64,000 nucleotides of DNA, taken from positions 5,389,709-5,453,708 of the forward strand of contig CAJINV010000002.1 in the NCBI GenBank assembly GCA_905178155.1, in the 5' to 3' direction. A program made the translations under genes and the position numbers. Below the pieces are notes generated by a model. The model worked only from the letters and a program-made list of their open reading frames with translations. It was not told where the DNA came from and searched no databases. This DNA is from Amoebophrya sp. A120 (lineage: Eukaryota; Protista; Dinoflagellata). Of the stretch, positions 35,569 to 45,536 are shown in pieces (the first letter of the stretch is position 1; each line of letters begins with the position of its first letter).

Positions 35569-38500
35569 GTCCGACGAACGAAAATTCTGAACAATTCGAA
35601 AATTCAAGTGAAACAATTGAAGATGTTTTTGTGACGAGTTCTCCGGGTGCAGACGAGAACAAATTTTCCAATCAGTACGAATCTCGAAACAAAGAACTAT
35701 CACCATCGAAATCTCTACTACCGTGTATGATAAAGTTGAACGAGTTCATTTGTGCAGCACTGCAACGCTCCTGTTACGCCTCCAACGCGGAAACCAATCT
35801 GGACCTGTGTGTTTTTCCTGCGGCGGAGTCCATCATTCTCAACATACGAAAAGAAAACGAGTCTTCCGGTCGACCATGTGATTTTACATATCGAGTTTTA
35901 AACAACGAAGATACCACGAGCCGTACCAACGAAAAAGAAGCACTACCAGTCAATGTTTCCGATGGCACTTTGCCGAACGAGAAGAACTGCAAATCAGCAC
36001 GTGAAGAAGAATCAGTACTTTTTACAACCGAAACCACTCAAGTACAATTTGACGAAGGCTACAACAACTGTTACTACCTGACGCTTCTGACAGCAGACCG
36101 CGGTGCGGAGCTGGGACGGAAGCACGGGCTCTGTCTTCGTGAGGAAGCAAGCCACAACGAAAATGCCAATGGCATTGGCGGCAGCAAGCGACGAATAATC
36201 AAACGGGTGGTGGTTCCGTATAAGCTGCTTGACACAAATGGAAATCTCTACTGTTTGGGGATGGAGATGGCTACAGTTACCAAGGAGGGACCGAACCTGC
36301 TCGGACTGGTATTGCACGACAAGTGCTTTCTGAGCGTGATTCACAAGCCAGGACTCCCGCGAATGGTAGAAGGCCATAACGGGAAGGCTGTAGTAAACTT
36401 TAACGGTCAGACTCAGATCCTGAAAGAAGCCTTCAACCTGACCAGCTACGACTACGCAATCCTGCGTGCAGTCCAGCAACACAACTCCGAGTCGGAGTGG
36501 ATGCGTCCGGTGTTTGCGGACCAGGTTCGTAGTAAGGGTCCAGAACCACTTCGTTTCGTTCATGATCCCCGCGTTGTAAAACAATATCTGAAACTGATGA
36601 AGAAGGGGAAGCTTCTGGTGAGCCAGGGCGAGTTCGCGCATGTTGTTATCGAAGAGGACTACAATTTGGAAGCAGCCGCGGCACAGCTGCAGCGCGAAAA
36701 GGAGCGAAGCGTAACCATGGTGATAGAGGATCAACCAGTGCGGACCGGAAAAGCAGCAGTAGTCAACCTGCTCGAGCACAACTGTGATTGGAGCAACAAG
36801 GATTCGATCCAGAACTGGGAAAGTAAGGACGATCGGCATGTTCATGTCGGGAGAGGATCCAAGTGGGGCAATCCTTTTCGGATCGGCGTGGACGGAGACC
36901 GCGAGGAAGTGCTGGAAAAGTATCGGCACTGGATCCGTGAGAAGGGTTTAGTAGAAGAGGCGAGGGCCGAATTGCCGGGTTGCATTCTTGGCTGTTGGTG
37001 TCTCCCAATGCGGTGCCACGGGGAAATCCTGTGCGAAGAAGTTAACCGCGACACTGAAGATGCAGCTCCCAACCAGGAAGGCGGAAGTTCTAGCTCTCGA
37101 AATCCCCCTGCTGCTGCTAATCCTGAACCTGCTGATTTGGATCCGGGAATTTGGTCGGTGTCAGAAGACAGCTTGAAAAGAACGGGCGATAGTGGCGGTT
37201 ACTCCGTTTTTCGAGATGTCATCTTTGCACCAAAACAAATACCAGCAACTCCCGGGTGGTTGCAGGATCGCGTGCGTCTTCGTCGTGTTGTCGACGTCGA
37301 GCAACAGACCCGCCTCGTTCCAGATTGGGTGAACGATTGGTCGAAGAAGCAGAACCGCGAAGGTGTTACTCCGGTTCCGCAGAACGAGAAGGGGAGGTTT
37401 GTGACTGTGGACTACTACTACCACGTGGCCGACGATGGCGGAAACCTTCTTACTGCCAAGCAGAAGCAGCGCGCTTTTCAGCTCCGAGGGAAAATTTCCA
37501 ATGAGACTCACCCTACTGCTCGAAAGGTTGAAGGGAAAATTGAGTACGGTGAGATTGGAAAAGGAGAACAGCGGCCAGCAGTAAAGAATAACCCGAACCG
37601 CATCGTGACCGAAAAACTCCGGCAGCCCGTGCAGCTGGATAAAGTACGAATCTACACCTGCAGGGATGTGGAGGATCTACCTGCGGGAATGCGAATGTTC
37701 GGGAAAAGGATCAGGGTTGAAGAAGATCCTGAACTTGCTGATGTCCTCGCCGAGCATCCCGACTTTCTCATCGACAAGCTGGCAAAGAAGAGTCTGACCG
37801 GCTTCAGCGACGAGATGATTACTGCCGTTCCCAAGGAGTACATCACGATGCTTGCCAAAGATTTGCGTAGCAATCCGATGCGGAAATTGGTGCTGATCGA
37901 CTCTTCGGGACTAGGATTAGCTTGTGCTGTGGGCGAGAGGTTGAGAAAGGCGGGACCGAAGAATGAAATCTTCCACGCATCTGCCGCGCGAGAACTCTAT
38001 GTTCACGATCTTTCTCTGACCACGAGTGGCGAAGCAATCCGCTACAGCAAACTTGAACGTCTCCGAGTGGATAGTGTGCTTTCTCCTCTTCGTGACATCT
38101 CTCCTGCGGTGAGAAACAAACTGCAGGCCATCCGTGAAATTCTCTGCAGCACGGGGAAGATTGCAAGTGAAGAGCAATGCTACAAACAGGTAAAGAAGAA
38201 ACTTCGCAACATCTCCGAAGAAAGCTTGCAGGAGTTGGTAACACTGGTAAGAAGGGACACCATGGCGCACCTGCATTTTGGTCTTAAGAAGCGGCGCAAA
38301 GACCTTGCTGCGTACGACCCATGCCAAGCATACATGCAGGGCGGGATTAGCCTGATCGACACGACCTTCATCACGGAAAACGACGTGATTTTCGTGTGCA
38401 TCGGCATCCTGAGCATTCCGGATTCCAGGTCGGCTTCCTACGTGTGTGGAACGAAGTGGAAACTTCGGGAAATGATGAAGAACATGAATCTCAGCGACCA

Positions 38501-41500
38501 AGAAAAGGAGGAATTGCTCGGTGGAGTGATGTGCCAGATGTTTCACGGCGTCGGTGAACGGCTGATAGCAGGTCGGGCTTCGCCAAGTCAACAGGACGTG
38601 ATCAGGTCCCTCTACCACTTCATGAGCCAGAAACTTGTGCGCCGCCGCATCTATGCGGATTCCGGAGTCGAGAACCTTTCCATCGAAGATTGGGTGCCTC
38701 TGAAGCGGACCGGGCGTGAGGTGACGCTCATGCCGACCGGTACTCCAGTCTACGCGCTGGAAAGACGCTTCTTAACGCTAAAGACTTTGGTGAAGCGTTT
38801 GAGGCGGATTCCGTCGTTCGCGAAGATGCCGCTCCAAGTCCTTCTGGATGAAGCGCATGAAGTAATTGCAAACATGACTTCAAGCGGGAAGAGCGGTAGA
38901 ACGGCAAATGAGTGGTTCTGGGGCGTGGAAGAATCAGCCAAGGAGTTTCTGTTCCATCCGGACGATGCCGGTGTCGAATCATTCTTTCCCGAGGGGAGTC
39001 CGGACTACAACATCCACCGGATTCACGAAGCTCGGCTCCGCATCTATGCGGAAGCGCTTCTCATGATGTCCGACAAGGCGTTCGTGGAAGCAGTAGAAAA
39101 AATTCTACAAAATTGCCGTGCGAGGCTTCGCATCGCCAACGATAACGACTACAACATCGGGGAACGTGCAAATAAATACAATCCCAAAGCAAAAGCAGAT
39201 GATGTCGTGCGGATCACAGACAAGATTCCAAACCGTGGTAGCTCCGGTTACACCTTCCAGGTGCAGACCCGGCGTGGACTGAGCAACGTCAATCCGAACA
39301 TGCTCTGCCCGGTGGTGAATTTTGATCGTCTTTACGATCTGCCGGAAACGGAACCGCTGCAAGAGGACGACTTCAAGGTCGGTGGCAAGATGTTCGAGAA
39401 TCAGGAGCGCAATCGCACGGGAAGGGAACAGTGGGAAAATGAGCTAATGCAGCCACATCAACCATCAACGCATGCTGGTGGTGAACCGTTTTTCCTTCTG
39501 GCCCCCCGGGCGGAGAGGGATTCAAGGAAGAAATCCGCTTTGGACGCCCATTCTGAAGAAAATGTCGAAGGTGAGGAACTTCTGGATGCTGCAGGAGATT
39601 TGAACGTAAATCCCGGCGATGACGTTCGTCCTGAAGAGGATCTCCAGCTGCAGGAAGATGATGACCTGTTTGAAACAGCACACGTGCTGAAGCAGGTTCG
39701 CTTTGAAGACGAGGGTCCCAGTGACTTGGAAGTCTCTTCTACCTCCACTTCCTCTCAACGTGCTTCTGGCGCTCAGAAGAGAAAACGCGCGCGACAGAAT
39801 CGAGAAGCTCATGCATCACAAGCAGCAGAACTTGACATGACCGACATCACGGAACAAGTTCATGCCACTGCAGAGGGTGAGATGGAGAAACAAACAGAGT
39901 GGAAACAGCTCCTGGAGCAGATGAGCGGTGATGATGCGGCAGAAGGAGGAGAAGAAGATGAAACAATGCCAGAAGAATTCAACAAGCTACATGAGTTCAT
40001 CAAATTCCCCGCGCGCAACCATCGTCGTGCTGTTGCCAAAGTGATCCGTCAGAACCGCAGCGGAGTTCTGAAGGACGATGGGTCCGACATGCTGTACAAC
40101 TTGATTGAGCACACACTTTTTGTCAAGCAAAATGGGCTTCGCATCTCTCCGGCCAATCTGGAAGTCTGGGACCGCTTCTACAGCAAGGAAGAAAGAACAC
40201 AGTCTAGCAATCCAGACCTGCAGGTAGACTTCGTGTTGTCGTGGACCGCAAAGAAGCTGTGCTTCGTGAACAGTGTCGAAGCGTGGGAGAAGGCAGGAAA
40301 AGGAAAGCTGATCCGCATCACGCTGTGGAGCCTGCTTGCGCACAAGTCCTACGAGGATTTGGGACTACTAAGTGTCTACGACCCCAAAGTCGCGAAGCAC
40401 GAGGAAGTTGTACGGAAAATCCTGGGCGCGCTGAAATACGCGGACACGGACCACGGATTCGTAGCTTCCAGCAACGGCTTGGCGGTTCCTGCAGTCCTGG
40501 TGCGAGCCCACCTGAAGGAGTGGAACTCCATGCTGAAAGAGGAACTGGTCGAGATATGGCGCGAAGGGAAACAATGCAGCTCCGAGAAGATCCTACCTTC
40601 AAGGGCGATTGTTGACCTCAAACTGGTGACTCCCACCCACTTCAAAGTGGCGGTACGAGTAGTGCCGGGAGGTCACAAGAGCAGCGTCAGCGCCAGCGCC
40701 GAGTCGCCCACCGTGTCGGAAGTCGACCTGAATTTGGTTTTGTCAAGTTTGCGCAAGATCAAGGGGAAAAGGATCCTGCGATCCGGCGACGTTCCGAGAG
40801 CGTTCTTGAAAAACCTGAGGTTTAAGGCTGAGAATCGTCCGCGGATGATGTTTCCGTCAAACATCTTCCAGGATGATGTCCTATCGGCTTTGAAGACCAC
40901 TTTCGGGATCGACCGGCAAACAGTCCTCCTTTTGAACATAAGCCTCTATGGGCTAAAGGAGGCGGCTCTCATGTGGTATCGAACACTCAGCCAATGGCTC
41001 ATCAGCTGCGGTTGGTCTGTTTCTACCACTTCTCCCTGCGTCTTTGTAAAAGGACAGAACAAGATTACGATTCACGTCGACGATCTTTTGTTCGCAGGTG
41101 ACGAGCCGGGGTTTGACGAATTTGCTGCGGCCGCGAGAGAAAGATGGAAGCTCGAAAATTGGACTGACAGCGAGGCAGGTCTGATTTATACGGGCATCCA
41201 TGTGCAGCACTTTCCGAAAGAGCAACGAATCCGCACCCACATGCAGCCGAAAATAGATGAGCTGCAGATGAACAACGTCCCAGGCGAGGAGACGGAACAG
41301 CTAGGCGAGAAGGGAGTTTCGCGACTCAAAGCTGCTCGCGGTTCCCTCCTGTTCATCGCACGCAGGCATACCGAGATTAAGTTCCCGGTGCGAGCCCTCG
41401 CGCTCGGTGCTGACGAGCACAAAACCAATGCCTGGCTCACCGCGCACAACAGCATGACGGAGCGGTTGAAAAAGGACACTGCGGGTGTGGAAATCGACCT

Positions 41501-42431
41501 GAGTTACGAAAACGAAGTGTTGGTGATGTGCCCGGATGCGTCGTACCAACGACCAGCGGTAAAAGACGAAGCGGGAGCAACCGAGGAGTATGAGGAATTT
41601 GACGCGCGACCTGAGGAGTATGTGCTTTCGAACGAGGAGCTGGAAGCACGACGGGAAGTAGCCAGGACCGAATTCTTCAACCAGCGAGAGTCGCTTCTAC
41701 CAGGAAAGGCCCAGTTCGAGCAGGCGTACGCGAATGCGGAAAAATCCGAGACAGCACGACGTGAGCGGAAACGATTCGCAGCACTGAACCTTCCGGAGAA
41801 CGAAGAAGACAGCATTACTGCAAGAGCTACAAAACTGCGTCCGATTCTTGGGTATGTTTTGCTTTCTGTCTCTCTTGACGACTGGCAGGAGTACCAGCGA
41901 AAGCAGAAGCAGATCAAGAGGGTCATGACGTTGAAAGAATTTGATGCTCTGGAAAAAGTGACGTTGAGATGCAGCTACATTGCCAGCGACACAATCTTCT
42001 GCAGCACGGAGGAAGTGTCTTCTTATGCAGCAGAAATAAAAGCTGGCTGCGAAGCATTTCCAGTACTGGAAGCCGTAATGGTGAAAATGGAAGAGTGGAA
42101 CATGAGCAGTAAAGCAGTAATCCTGTCGGATTCCAAATCCGCGGTCAGCCGTGTGCTGTCGAAATCCGTCATATCCATGTCGGACGCGCCAGTCTACAAG
42201 GGATTAGCCAGATGGAAATCTGCGTACTACAGGGCAAGTTGGGAGTTAGGCTCGATCACCGACAGGAGCAATCCCGGTGATTCCCTGACCAAAGTCAGTA
42301 CGGGTTTCAAACTCCAGGACTACCTGGAGATCATGCGTGGACGCTGGCATCTCCCGTTGGGACAAGTCTATGTCTACGAGAGGACATATTCTTGGGAGAA
42401 ACCGTTGCCGCAGGGTATGACCGAAATTTAA
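35499..42431 (+). CDS. pol: Retrotransposon Pol: divergent protease, DUF4326-like domain, integrase, copia-type RT, RNase H (-1 frame relative to gag)
   Basis: Protease-like FDEG/GIGG/PNLLG (about 36040-36310); integrase LIDTT, IYADSG, ALERRF (about 38350-38770); RT DVPRAFL, SLYGLKEA..WY, HVDDLL (about 40790-41090); RNase H CPDASY, AAEI, SDSKSA, NPGDSLTK (41530-42293). The frame is open from 35499. Confidence 0.9.
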   Translation, partial: NAGRVLSGAGRGGFRQRRQQSVVSPTNENSEQFENSSETIEDVFVTSSPGADENKFSNQYESRNKELSPSKSLLPCMIKLNEFICAALQRSCYASNAETNLDLCVFPAAESIILNIRKENESSGRPCDFTYRVLNNEDTTSRTNEKEALPVNVSDGTLPNEKNCKSAREEESVLFTTETTQVQFDEGYNNCYYLTLLTADRGAELGRKHGLCLREEASHNENANGIGGSKRRIIKRVVVPYKLLDTNGNLYCLGMEMATVTKEGPNLLGLVLHDKCFLSVIHKPGLPRMVEGHNGKAVVNFNGQTQILKEAFNLTSYDYAILRAVQQHNSESEWMRPVFADQVRSKGPEPLRFVHDPRVVKQYLKLMKKGKLLVSQGEFAHVVIEEDYNLEAAAAQLQREKERSVTMVIEDQPVRTGKAAVVNLLEHNCDWSNKDSIQNWESKDDRHVHVGRGSKWGNPFRIGVDGDREEVLEKYRHWIREKGLVEEARAELPGCILGCWCLPMRCHGEILCEEVNRDTEDAAPNQEGGSSSSRNPPAAANPEPADLDPGIWSVSEDSLKRTGDSGGYSVFRDVIFAPKQIPATPGWLQDRVRLRRVVDVEQQTRLVPDWVNDWSKKQNREGVTPVPQNEKGRFVTVDYYYHVADDGGNLLTAKQKQRAFQLRGKISNETHPTARKVEGKIEYGEIGKGEQRPAVKNNPNRIVTEKLRQPVQLDKVRIYTCRDVEDLPAGMRMFGKRIRVEEDPELADVLAEHPDFLIDKLAKKSLTGFSDEMITAVPKEYITMLAKDLRSNPMRKLVLIDSSGLGLACAVGERLRKAGPKNEIFHASAARELYVHDLSLTTSGEAIRYSKLERLRVDSVLSPLRDISPAVRNKLQAIREILCSTGKIASEEQCYKQVKKKLRNISEESLQELVTLVRRDTMAHLHFGLKKRRKDLAAYDPCQAYMQGGISLIDTTFITENDVIFVCIGILSIPDSRSASYVCGTKWKLREMMKNMNLSDQEKEELLGGVMCQMFHGVGERLIAGRASPSQQDVIRSLYHFMSQKLVRRRIYADSGVENLSIEDWVPLKRTGREVTLMPTGTPVYALERRFLTLKTLVKRLRRIPSFAKMPLQVLLDEAHEVIANMTSSGKSGRTANEWFWGVEESAKEFLFHPDDAGVESFFPEGSPDYNIHRIHEARLRIYAEALLMMSDKAFVEAVEKILQNCRARLRIANDNDYNIGERANKYNPKAKADDVVRITDKIPNRGSSGYTFQVQTRRGLSNVNPNMLCPVVNFDRLYDLPETEPLQEDDFKVGGKMFENQERNRTGREQWENELMQPHQPSTHAGGEPFFLLAPRAERDSRKKSALDAHSEENVEGEELLDAAGDLNVNPGDDVRPEEDLQLQEDDDLFETAHVLKQVRFEDEGPSDLEVSSTSTSSQRASGAQKRKRARQNREAHASQAAELDMTDITEQVHATAEGEMEKQTEWKQLLEQMSGDDAAEGGEEDETMPEEFNKLHEFIKFPARNHRRAVAKVIRQNRSGVLKDDGSDMLYNLIEHTLFVKQNGLRISPANLEVWDRFYSKEERTQSSNPDLQVDFVLSWTAKKLCFVNSVEAWEKAGKGKLIRITLWSLLAHKSYEDLGLLSVYDPKVAKHEEVVRKILGALKYADTDHGFVASSNGLAVPAVLVRAHLKEWNSMLKEELVEIWREGKQCSSEKILPSRAIVDLKLVTPTHFKVAVRVVPGGHKSSVSASAESPTVSEVDLNLVLSSLRKIKGKRILRSGDVPRAFLKNLRFKAENRPRMMFPSNIFQDDVLSALKTTFGIDRQTVLLLNISLYGLKEAALMWYRTLSQWLISCGWSVSTTSPCVFVKGQNKITIHVDDLLFAGDEPGFDEFAAAARERWKLENWTDSEAGLIYTGIHVQHFPKEQRIRTHMQPKIDELQMNNVPGEETEQLGEKGVSRLKAARGSLLFIARRHTEIKFPVRALALGADEHKTNAWLTAHNSMTERLKKDTAGVEIDLSYENEVLVMCPDASYQRPAVKDEAGATEEYEEFDARPEEYVLSNEELEARREVARTEFFNQRESLLPGKAQFEQAYANAEKSETARRERKRFAALNLPENEEDSITARATKLRPILGYVLLSVSLDDWQEYQRKQKQIKRVMTLKEFDALEKVTLRCSYIASDTIFCSTEEVSSYAAEIKAGCEAFPVLEAVMVKMEEWNMSSKAVILSDSKSAVSRVLSKSVISMSDAPVYKGLARWKSAYYRASWELGSITDRSNPGDSLTKVSTGFKLQDYLEIMRGRWHLPLGQVYVYERTYSWEKPLPQGMTEI

Positions 42432-43133
42432 CCAACGTGAAAATTCTGGAAGTAGAAAAATTCTTTTGGAGCCGAACAAGCTGTATGATTTTTTTTTGTA
42501 AAATTTAAAAGTACCAGCATGGAGATCAAGTTTCTCGAGAGCGACCAATCCTGTACAATCTGCACTACAAGTTTTGTTTTGTAAGATGGAGCACTACGAA
42601 CAGTACGACAAGTTTTTCATGGCGACCACAAGGAAGAGTACAACATGTTTCAAGTCCGTTTCTTTGCCGTGACGATCCGGCCATACGTTTCCTTTGGGAA
42701 AATCCAACGACATGATGTTTCTGGGGTAAGTCCTATCTGTTACTCGCGGGCCAGCTCTTTCTCAAGTTGCCGCGTTTAGTGTCATCCAAACAACATGAAG
42801 AGTACGAAAAAGTAAAGCAGTAAACCAACTGTTCAACCGAGGAGGATGTTTGGTTCGAGAAGCTCCACCGGTAATAGTTTGGGAATTTTGAGGAGACCAG
42901 GCTTCCGGAGGGGTTTGAACCGAGCGGCAGTCCTTTTCACCAAAACCCAGCCAGTACAAGATTGGCGTAGGTCTACTTGTTACGAATGCGGGACCGTCTC
43001 GAAGTTTCGGGGAATGCGGATCTCCACGTCAGCTCTGTTTGCGGTTTCAACGGTGTAGATCTCGGGTGACGGGACATTGTCATGTCAGGAGTCTTTCCTC
43101 TTTCTTTCATCGTCTTTCCTCCCCCCCGGGCAC

Positions 43134-43605
43134 TGTCGATATGACATTCTGAAGGTCATGTTCGATTTAGTGTCGGTTGGATTGACTTTGTTTGATTGAG
43201 AGAAAGAGAGGGGAAGAAAAGTCATCGGGCGTTTGTTTATGTTAAAGTTTTTACCACAATTGTCTTGAGGGAGAAACTGTTTCTTTGAACACAACTCTTG
43301 ATGTTTTCTTTGCTTCAAATTCACGAGAGTCACAACAAGTTTTGTTTGGGTTTCATGAATGAACAAAAATGCTTCATGCCAAAATCTCACACATGAAATG
43401 AACCCGTGAAAAACACATCCGCGATAGACGCCACTATCGTAAACCTTTTGTTTGTTGTCGTTTCGAACGAGCAAGACAAATCAAAACCAAAATAAAAACA
43501 CACTCAAAATTCAACACAATTCTGATGCCTTCTGCCGACGCTGTTCTCAATCCAACCGACGCTGAATAAGAGATCACCTTCAGGATCCCACTACTCTAAA
43601 AGTCA
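43134..43605 (+). repeat. 3' LTR
   Basis: Direct repeat of 31351-31822. Confidence 0.95.
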
Positions 43606-45536
43606 TTATCTTAACTACCCGATAGAGGCCAGGCAGTCCCAGTCTCCTCATTGAGTTCTTGTTCAGTTTTATTCACCCGGTAACCGGAAGAAGGGCCGGG
43701 CAATAAAACAGGAAAAAAGTACATCTACCCCGCATCTGTCGTCAAGGACAGAAGTTGTAGAGAACCGTGAAAAGTATATTATTCAAGTATCGTTTTCAAC
43801 ACCTACCCCAAAAAACAAAAAATATCGGAGACAGTATCAAATTGTCGACAGGAGGACAGCACAAGTTTTAGTTTTTCAATCTGTTAGTAGTAGCTCTTCT
43901 TCAAGCAGGGTTACTACACAGATCGTAGATTATACGGAGTACGGCCTTATTTAGCGCTGCTGGGTGGCCGCAGTCACTAACTATTGTAGAGAATTTTGGA
44001 AAAGACCAAGAAATCGAATAAGGAGAAAGTAAAAGGCGCCAAGCAATTGCTTCCATCCAGAGCTGGACATTTTTCCGTATCTTCACTCGCAGGTAATTTT
44101 GAATTCCACACGGAAACAGAAGTGGAAAAAGAGTTGGCTTAGTGTTTTTCTTTCTAGTCGAGGTGTAGTGTTTTTGTACAGAAGTATTGCGTCGCTGGGA
44201 TAGTTTCTAGCACGAGGAGTCACTTCTTTCGCTGCGCAAATTTTTTCGCTGCCGCATTATTTGTAGCGGGAGTTCATTTTTGCCAGTAGTTTTTCACTCA
44301 CTACGACTGGAAATTCACCGGGACTGAAATAAGCCACGCGCAAGTTGGCGGCTGCAGTAAAAACTACAACTCTCCACCCACTTTATTTGCACAAACATCA
44401 ACGAAATACTTACTAGTGCTGCCTCCCGTATTACACGTCCAAACATCACCGGCGCCCACAGATTTGTCTCTTCTGCAAGTCCGACATTGCCATAAATTTG
44501 CTACGCTTTTTTAGTGTCTTATTTTCTAACAGCATAGAATTAGAGCATAGCTGGAACTGGCGAGGAGATATTTTGTTGCTTCTCTCTGAAGTAATACTGC
44601 CACGCGCGTTCGCGGCCTGCCTCAGTAACAAGCAGAAAGGACCACGAGAATATCCCTACGAGGAATAGCATCAGCTTCAGCGGCCCAGCCGACAACTCTA
44701 TTTCAGCCGATTCTTCGTAATCGAGACGCAATTTCAGATTTATTTTTAGGAGCTTGTATTACTTACCTCATATTATCTAGGCGGACCAAATTGCAGCACA
44801 GAAAAATCTTCCTACAAGCCGTATTAGCACAACTTACCACGTTAAGAATTCGTCGCGAATAAACACCGTACTTATCTTCATCAAAGTGGACCTCTTCGAA
44901 ACCTTCGAGGTACTGGTCAGAAAAAACCGTTGACGCACCAGTTTGAAGTGGTAGAAGAACGAAGAAGAACAAAATTATTACATAGCATTCGACTCGTCCT
45001 AACAGGTGTTTTTTTTTTCTGAACTCGCAATCGGATTGGTCCTTGCGAATCGTTCGGGAGGAAAACAGAGTAGAACCAGGGTACTAGCAAGCACGAACAC
45101 CGGCACAAGTCTTTTTGCTAGCGAAGTAGAACCACGCGGAACAGTAGGAAAGTGTTTTCCTCTTGTGCTGCTGTGTGGACGCTTCTTCTCTTGTAATTCG
45201 ACCTGATCTTCATAGACCTTGTTTGGGCTTTGTTCATCTGTGTAATTTTTACAAGAATAAGAAATACATTTTACAACTATACCACGCTACTAGATAATTT
45301 GGAGTAATATTTGAAAATAAATTCGTTCTTGTTGCGTTAACTTAAGATTTCGATAAAATTTAGAACACATCTACACGACCAACCTAGCCAATAACTCCTG
45401 CCATAAACGGCAATCGCAAGTAGATAGAGCCCAGCACTGGAGGTACATCCTGACTACAAATTTGCGAGCTGCTAATCTGGTAAAAAGTAAACCCTAACAA
45501 GAACTAACCTCACATCAACACTACACAACCCTCACC

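Larger units (their letters stand above)
31351..43605 (+). mobile_element. Intact Ty1/copia-order LTR retrotransposon, 12,255 bp
   Basis: Two 472-bp TG...CA LTRs, TTAT on both flanks (31347-31350 and 43606-43609), PBS, gag ORF and a PR-IN-RT-RH pol ORF. Confidence 0.95.
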
